Source: a virus
Taxonomy: Duplodnaviria > Caudoviricetes
IMG/VR virus record: IMGVR_UViG_3300034341_000482
Coordinates: 1 to 40,224 of that record
DNA length: 40,224 nucleotides
Direction: 5' to 3' (one strand)
Shown: positions 35,050-40,224 of the stretch, one piece after another
Position numbering within the stretch: position 1 is the stretch's first letter
How the letters are laid out: every line of letters starts with the position of its first letter
Position numbers and translations under genes: made by a program
The notes under the pieces: model-generated
Databases searched by the model: none
Told to the model about the DNA's origin: nothing
What the model saw: only the letters and a program-made list of their open reading frames with translations

Positions 35050-37092
35050 ATGAGAAAACTTTTATTCTCATCCATATGGAGTATCTTATTATTAGGATTA
35101 TCAGCATGGATGTACTTCGCAAACCCACCGCTCTTAGAAAGTTTACGTCTCAGATACTTTGACCAACTAATAGTAAATCAGCCAGTCAATCCAAACAACA
35201 TATATACAATCAACATTGACGAATCTGCTATCACTGAGCATGGTCAATGGCCGTTTGCTAGAAGTGTCTATGGTGATATGATCGAAGACTTATATGCAAG
35301 GGGTGCGGGTTTAGTCATCTGGAACGTACTTATGGCTGAGCAGGATAGGGCTGGAGACGATTTAGCCTTGTCAATGACAATGTATGACAACCCAGTTATA
35401 CTAACACTTTTAGGAAGTTCGGAGAATAAAAATGAGCCGATTAATCCAGGGGCTGCTGTTATCAATTCTGAGTATAGTTATCTTATACCACACGTGGACG
35501 GCATCATCGCAAATGTTCGAGATATTGAAGAAGCGGCTGTCGGCTCCGGAATCATCAATACATACCCAGAGGTGGACGGAGTTACAAGAAGGGCGCCTCT
35601 CGTTTTCGAATCAGGAGGAATCTTATATCCTAACGTCACGTTGGAAACATTGCGTGTTCTTGCCAATGATCCCTCCTTTCAAATCAAGCTGTCGCCTCTT
35701 GGCATCGACAAACTCAGAATACCACAGTTTGGTGTAATTCAAACAAACGAAGTTGGCGAAGTGTGGCTTGATTGGTCACAGGGTTACATATCAAAAAGCA
35801 TTACTGATTTGCCTGATGACTTTCGAGGTGCTATAGTCTTTGTAGGACCAACAGCGGCAGGAATCACACAGCCTATTGCGACAGCAAAGGGTTCAGTATT
35901 CCCACATGAGATACAGGCTACTATGTTAGCCACTGTATTCAACGAATCGAACATCACTAGACATCCAGACGCTAAAGCGTGGGCTGAATTGGCAACACTC
36001 GTTCTAGGCGGTCTTATCATTATATTCGTCTCACGTTGGTTATGGCTAGGAATACCAGTATTTGTATTGACCATTAGTGGCTTAGTCGGTGGTTCTATCT
36101 GGGCATTTACAAAGCATTCTCTACTAGTTGACGGTGCTACAATTGCTGGCATTCTTTTTGTAGTTGGTGCTAGTAGGTACATAGTCAAGTTCGTAGATGA
36201 GTTTCTACAGAAGCAAGCAATCAAAAAACAATTCGCTGGTTATGCCAGTGCAGAAGTTGTACGCATTCTGCAAGAGAATCCTGCGCTAGTAAAAAATGGT
36301 GTAAAGAAAGATGTCTCTATCGTGTTCTCTGACTTGAGAGGCTTCACGCCACTAGGAGAGAGTTTTGGTGATGATGTAGGCGGGTTGACTAAGATAATGA
36401 ATGGTTACATGGACGCTATCACTCAGCCAATCTTAGACTCAAACGGAATGGTAATAAAATACATTGGTGATGCATCAATGCATATTCACAATGCGCCACT
36501 AGATGACGTAAATCATCCAAAGACTGCCGTACAGTGTGCATTAGATATGCTCAAAGCAGTTGAGTTATTCAACGTCAAGATTATAGGAGAAGGGCGACCA
36601 CCAGTTGGCATGGGTGCTGGTATCAATACAGGTCTAGGTTACATTGGTGAGATGGGGTCTACTAAGCGACACTCATACGATGTTCTGGGTGACGCAATCT
36701 CTACAGCCGCTAGAATCGAATCTAAGTGTAAAGAGTATGGCATGGTACTACTCGTTGGCGGTGCAACATATGAACAAACAAAAGATGATTTCTTTTATCT
36801 AAAGTTAGATGATCTAGCTGTAAAGGGTAAGACTGTAGGCATTGGCATCTATACAGTACTAGACGATGTGAGAGCATGTTACAGTACTAGCCGACACACC
36901 CACAATGCTATGCGTGATGCATACCTAGACCAAAGATTCGAAGAAGCAATGAACATGTGTGATAATTTGAAAGGACAGTTCGATGGCAAAATGGATGGAT
37001 ATTACGATATGTGGATTGAACGTTGTGATTACATGCGAACTCAAACGCTTGAAGAAGACTGGGACGGAATCTTTAGAGCAACAACAAAGTAA
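35050..37092 (+). CDS. CHASE2-domain membrane-bound class III adenylate/guanylate cyclase
   Basis: CHASE2 motifs (I..I.IDE......GQWP..R, P..DG..RR.PL), 3-4 TM helices, cyclase motifs VFSDLRGFT, KYIGDA, GINTG, GEMGS, YDVLGD..STAARIES and VKGK, and a WDG C-terminal tail. Confidence 0.93.
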   Translation: MRKLLFSSIWSILLLGLSAWMYFANPPLLESLRLRYFDQLIVNQPVNPNNIYTINIDESAITEHGQWPFARSVYGDMIEDLYARGAGLVIWNVLMAEQDRAGDDLALSMTMYDNPVILTLLGSSENKNEPINPGAAVINSEYSYLIPHVDGIIANVRDIEEAAVGSGIINTYPEVDGVTRRAPLVFESGGILYPNVTLETLRVLANDPSFQIKLSPLGIDKLRIPQFGVIQTNEVGEVWLDWSQGYISKSITDLPDDFRGAIVFVGPTAAGITQPIATAKGSVFPHEIQATMLATVFNESNITRHPDAKAWAELATLVLGGLIIIFVSRWLWLGIPVFVLTISGLVGGSIWAFTKHSLLVDGATIAGILFVVGASRYIVKFVDEFLQKQAIKKQFAGYASAEVVRILQENPALVKNGVKKDVSIVFSDLRGFTPLGESFGDDVGGLTKIMNGYMDAITQPILDSNGMVIKYIGDASMHIHNAPLDDVNHPKTAVQCALDMLKAVELFNVKIIGEGRPPVGMGAGINTGLGYIGEMGSTKRHSYDVLGDAISTAARIESKCKEYGMVLLVGGATYEQTKDDFFYLKLDDLAVKGKTVGIGIYTVLDDVRACYSTSRHTHNAMRDAYLDQRFEEAMNMCDNLKGQFDGKMDGYYDMWIERCDYMRTQTLEEDWDGIFRATTK

Positions 37093-37103
37093 GGAACCTG
37101 CCT

Positions 37104-37295
37104 ATGGACTCGAAGAAAAAGTCCAATCAATCAAAGAACGCATTGAAGACTTCAATTCACAGACACAGGGGATTTTCACACAAACCTCGCAAGCTAGATT
37201 ACAATCCGGTTTTTATGATCAACGGAAAACTCAACCCAGAGTACAAGAGAAAGCCAGTAAGAATTCCAATGCCGAAACCCTCAAGAGAAAGTTGA
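37104..37295 (+). CDS. Small basic hypothetical protein
   Basis: AAGGA RBS; 63 aa. Confidence 0.6.
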   Translation: MDSKKKSNQSKNALKTSIHRHRGFSHKPRKLDYNPVFMINGKLNPEYKRKPVRIPMPKPSRES

Positions 37296-37314
37296 AAAAA
37301 ATATAATTTTGTGC

Positions 37315-37343
37315 TTGACAGGTACCTACTTTGACAGTATAAT
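37315..37343 (+). promoter_or_regulatory. Perfect consensus sigma70-like promoter
   Basis: TTGACA-N17-TATAAT. Confidence 0.85.
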
Positions 37344-37385
37344 GATCTTATGTGATTAATAATAAAGGATCATTGAGGCTATATT

Positions 37386-37910
37386 ATGAAACTGAAAAAT
37401 GTAATGTCAGGTACACTGACTGCTATCACACTGGCTTGCGTCTCTTACATGGCGTATGCTGAAGCTTTACAACAAGAGGAGCAATCTGTACAGGCAGATT
37501 ATACTGCACAGCATCACTGTCTAGCACTGAATCTATATCACGAAGCACGTGGTGACAGTAAGCTTGGTCAAATTGCTGTAGGCTATGTAACACTCAATCG
37601 TGTACAAAGTCGTAACTATCCTAATACTGTTTGTGATGTTGTCTATCAGGCACATCTATCATCAAGTGGTAATCCGATTAGAAATAAATGTCAATTCTCT
37701 TGGTACTGTGATGGTAAGAATGATACACCTTACGATCTACGTAAATGGAATCAAGTGAAAGACGTGGCTCATCAAGTGCTGAGTCAATACGGAGTTGACG
37801 AAGACTTCACAGAAGGTGCTATTATGTATCACGCATCTTATGTAAACCCTTACTGGGCAGATTCTTACGAGAAGACTGTTCGTATCGACACTCATATATT
37901 TTATAAATAG
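37386..37910 (+). CDS. SleB-like cell wall hydrolase (Hydrolase_2)
   Basis: N-terminal signal/anchor; CLA.N.YHEARG, AV..V..NRV...YP.TVC.VV.Q, QFSW, YHA.YV.P.W and HIFY. Confidence 0.92.
   Translation: MKLKNVMSGTLTAITLACVSYMAYAEALQQEEQSVQADYTAQHHCLALNLYHEARGDSKLGQIAVGYVTLNRVQSRNYPNTVCDVVYQAHLSSSGNPIRNKCQFSWYCDGKNDTPYDLRKWNQVKDVAHQVLSQYGVDEDFTEGAIMYHASYVNPYWADSYEKTVRIDTHIFYK
37902..37909 (+). promoter_or_regulatory. T4-type late promoter
   Basis: Exact TATAAATA about 35 nt before the GTG at 37944. Confidence 0.7.
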
Positions 37911-37943
37911 GAGTATAGCAATGACTACTTACGGAGAAACAAC

Positions 37944-38843
37944 GTGCAATCCTTTGCAAACTATTTTCAAGACACTGCCCTTGTAGAAGAAGCAGTACGA
38001 GAAGAATACATTTCAGAACAGTATGAAGTTCTACTAGAGAAACTAATCACCTTTGGCGGTGTAGCCTATCCTAAATTCGGTAACATTGTCATCATGGCAG
38101 GTGGTGCTGGATCTGGTAAAGGTTTCGTCAAAGACAAACTTGTTGGAATTGAAGGTCGTGTATTCGATGTTGATGAACTCAAGAAGATGGCAGCCGCATC
38201 ACCCGCAATTCAAAGAAGAGTAAAGAAAGAATTGGGTGTTGATATTCAAAGCGTTGGCTCTGATCTGAAGAAGCCTGAAAACGTTGCTAAGATGCATGAG
38301 ATTGTTGGCGAATATCTTGACTTAGATAATCGAATCAAGAAGTCTCTATACAGTGGTATCATGCTTGCTCATCCTGATCGTAAGCCCAATATCATTTTTG
38401 ACGTAACTCTAAAAGACTTACGCAAACTAGAGGCATTGACACGTCAAGCTGGTAACCTAGGATATGATAAGAAGAACATTCACATTGTCTGGGTAGTCAA
38501 CGATATTGAAATTGCTAAGTCACAAAACTTATCACGTGACCGTATTGTACCTGTAGAGATTCTAGTGAACACACACCGTGGTGCTTCACAGACTATGCAA
38601 GACATTCTCAATATGGGCACTAAACTCAAGAAATATATGGACGGTGATATCGTATTTGCATTCAACAAAGTGGGTGTAGATAGTGACGTTGCTAAGTCTG
38701 GTAAAGGCGGCATGTACATCAAAGATGCCAATTACTTTTACGCAAAACGTGCTGGTAAAGATGCGACTCCAGTAGCGAAGCTTGAGAAGGACATCAAGCG
38801 AAAGGTCGCATCTTACGTACCTAAGCCTGATAGCTGGGAATAA
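37944..38843 (+). CDS. P-loop NTPase/kinase (zeta-toxin/AAA_33-like fold)
   Basis: MAGGAGSGKG (Walker A), DVD, IIFDVT and N..RDR.VP. Confidence 0.75.
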   Translation: MQSFANYFQDTALVEEAVREEYISEQYEVLLEKLITFGGVAYPKFGNIVIMAGGAGSGKGFVKDKLVGIEGRVFDVDELKKMAAASPAIQRRVKKELGVDIQSVGSDLKKPENVAKMHEIVGEYLDLDNRIKKSLYSGIMLAHPDRKPNIIFDVTLKDLRKLEALTRQAGNLGYDKKNIHIVWVVNDIEIAKSQNLSRDRIVPVEILVNTHRGASQTMQDILNMGTKLKKYMDGDIVFAFNKVGVDSDVAKSGKGGMYIKDANYFYAKRAGKDATPVAKLEKDIKRKVASYVPKPDSWE

Positions 38844-38860
38844 TAACATGGGAATATATA

Positions 38861-39430
38861 ATGAATTTGAAAGAACTAACGTGGGAAAACCACAAGAGCG
38901 CAGAACGTAAAAAATTTGCAAGTGTGTTGATGAGTGGCAAGATCACTCCTGAATTATATTATCGATACCTTACTAATCAGTTTTACATGTACAATATCTT
39001 AGAGGCAAGATTACGCAATCTCGCACCTGAGTTAGGATCTACTGGCGTGTTTCGTGCAGAAGCAATTAGATGCGATATGCAGGAACTAGAAGAAGAACAC
39101 GGGTTTGTATTCGACCCAAGACAACTATCTACTGTCACATCTGAATACGCAAATCATATTGAAAATCTAATGTTGAATGAAGACGTTGATGGTCTTATCG
39201 CACACATGTATGTACGTCACTTTGGCGATATGTATGGTGGTGCAATGATCGCTAAACGTGTTCCTGGTTCAGGTAAAATGTACCAGTTTGAAGACAAAGA
39301 GAATTTGAAAGTACATCTGAGAGGCTTACTCAATGATGATATGGCAGATGAAGCCAATAGATGTTTCGAATATGCGATTAGACTATTTGAGGAGTTAGGC
39401 GATTATGCAAGTCTGGGATCATCTGATTAG
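38861..39430 (+). CDS. hemO: Heme oxygenase (HemO/Ho1)
   Basis: LKE.T...H..AE (proximal His), Y..YL......Y..LE, AH.YVR..GD.YGG..I and EAN..F. Confidence 0.92.
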   Translation: MNLKELTWENHKSAERKKFASVLMSGKITPELYYRYLTNQFYMYNILEARLRNLAPELGSTGVFRAEAIRCDMQELEEEHGFVFDPRQLSTVTSEYANHIENLMLNEDVDGLIAHMYVRHFGDMYGGAMIAKRVPGSGKMYQFEDKENLKVHLRGLLNDDMADEANRCFEYAIRLFEELGDYASLGSSD

Positions 39431-40091
39431 TCTTCAAGATTACTTTATAGGTGAGTTTGAAGATGACGGAGTTGAAGTATTTGAAGAAGGCATGGAGAGA
39501 TTCAATCAAGAGGGTTGGGTCAATCGTGTTTGGAAAAGCACATCGTATCGTAGAGCCCACGTAGATGTAGTAGATGCACGTAAAGAGAAGAACTTGTGGA
39601 TGATGCACGTATGTATTTTTCCTCACATTACTTCTGATGCACCTATCTTTGGCTTCGATGTTATATGTGGACCCAACAAGATGACTGGAGCATTTCACGA
39701 CTTTAGTCCCACAACAAATCAAACACATCCAATGATCGAACACTTCGGCAAGACTGTTGAACAACTAGAGTGGAAAAGAGAGCGTGAACTGCCTGATTGG
39801 GCAAAAGCTATATTCTCTGGCTCTATGATGGCCGCAGGTAATGTACGAGAAGATACTGAAATAAATCAAGTAAGATATACTGTAGAGAATACGTTGCAGT
39901 ACTATCTTGATAACGTAGGAAACTATTCTGGTAACTCAGATGAGACGCTAGTGGTAGAAGCACAGAACAACTATGCACATTACCAGAAACAGAATCCTCA
40001 CACACCCAGAGTCATGAAATCTATCGGACTCGACCCAGATGATGTTGATGCATTTGTGCAACATTGTCTATTTCCTGAAATAAAAACTTGA
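39405..40091 (+). CDS. pcyX: Ferredoxin-dependent bilin reductase, PcyX-like
   Basis: RRAH, MMHVCIFP....APIFGFD, AFHDFSP, R.LP.W...IFS, Q..Y...QKQNPHT.R; directly follows heme oxygenase. Confidence 0.85.
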   Translation: MQVWDHLISLQDYFIGEFEDDGVEVFEEGMERFNQEGWVNRVWKSTSYRRAHVDVVDARKEKNLWMMHVCIFPHITSDAPIFGFDVICGPNKMTGAFHDFSPTTNQTHPMIEHFGKTVEQLEWKRERELPDWAKAIFSGSMMAAGNVREDTEINQVRYTVENTLQYYLDNVGNYSGNSDETLVVEAQNNYAHYQKQNPHTPRVMKSIGLDPDDVDAFVQHCLFPEIKT

Positions 40092-40118
40092 CAAAAAACT
40101 GAGTCTGTGTTATAAATA
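40088..40118 (+). promoter_or_regulatory. Composite sigma70 / T4-late promoter for tmRNA
   Basis: TTGACA 40088-40093, N17, then TATAAATA 40111-40118, which can serve as both -10 box and late promoter. Confidence 0.75.
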
Positions 40119-40121
40119 GAC

Positions 40122-40186
40122 TTGTAATTGTTGATACGAATCAACGCATGGACTGGACTCGGGTGCGAATCCCGACAGCTCCACCA
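40122..40186 (+). ncRNA. ssrA: tmRNA acceptor (3') piece, probably a permuted two-piece ssrA; remainder beyond the window
   Basis: GGACTCGGG-TGCGAAT-CCCGACAGCTCCACCA matches the tmRNA T arm plus Ala acceptor 3' end. No complementary 5' acceptor strand lies between the promoter and this end. The 5' boundary is approximate. Confidence 0.8.
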
Positions 40187-40224
40187 TAGATACACTATTA
40201 ACAAAACAGCCGTGGCTGGCTCGC

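Noticed and set aside
37296-37385. Riboswitch (for example glutamine type) upstream of the SleB-like gene
   Set aside because: The leader is only about 35 nt, AT-rich, and shows no stems or recognisable motif.

Overview
The window is part of a large T4-like (myovirus-type) marine phage genome, almost entirely on the + strand. Support comes from T4-type RNase H, PhoH, a Cas4-like exonuclease, PAAR/gp5.4, a CobS/CobT-like pair, TATAAATA late promoters, many sigma70-like early promoters and a C(UUCG)G terminator. It carries tRNA-Arg(ACG), tRNA-Leu(UAG) and what looks like the acceptor piece of a permuted two-piece tmRNA. Together with hemO-pcyX, that tmRNA suggests a heterotrophic, probably alphaproteobacterial-type host (inference). 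The most striking module (30.3-37.1 kb) sits behind a late promoter and contains two paralogous pairs of small genes, csgF, csgG, two secreted curlin-like proteins, a FecR-domain protein and a CHASE2 class III nucleotide cyclase. This is a candidate phage-encoded secretion plus cyclic-nucleotide signalling system. Other notable items are near-total TTAA avoidance across the window, a tandem-pseudoknot RNA directly behind tRNA-Leu, a lambda J/K-like tail-tip module with a CFI-box protein between phoH and the exonuclease, a counter-strand lipase plus membrane-protein operon, and an early-promoter small alarmone hydrolase-like gene. All calls come from reading motifs by eye; no searches were run.
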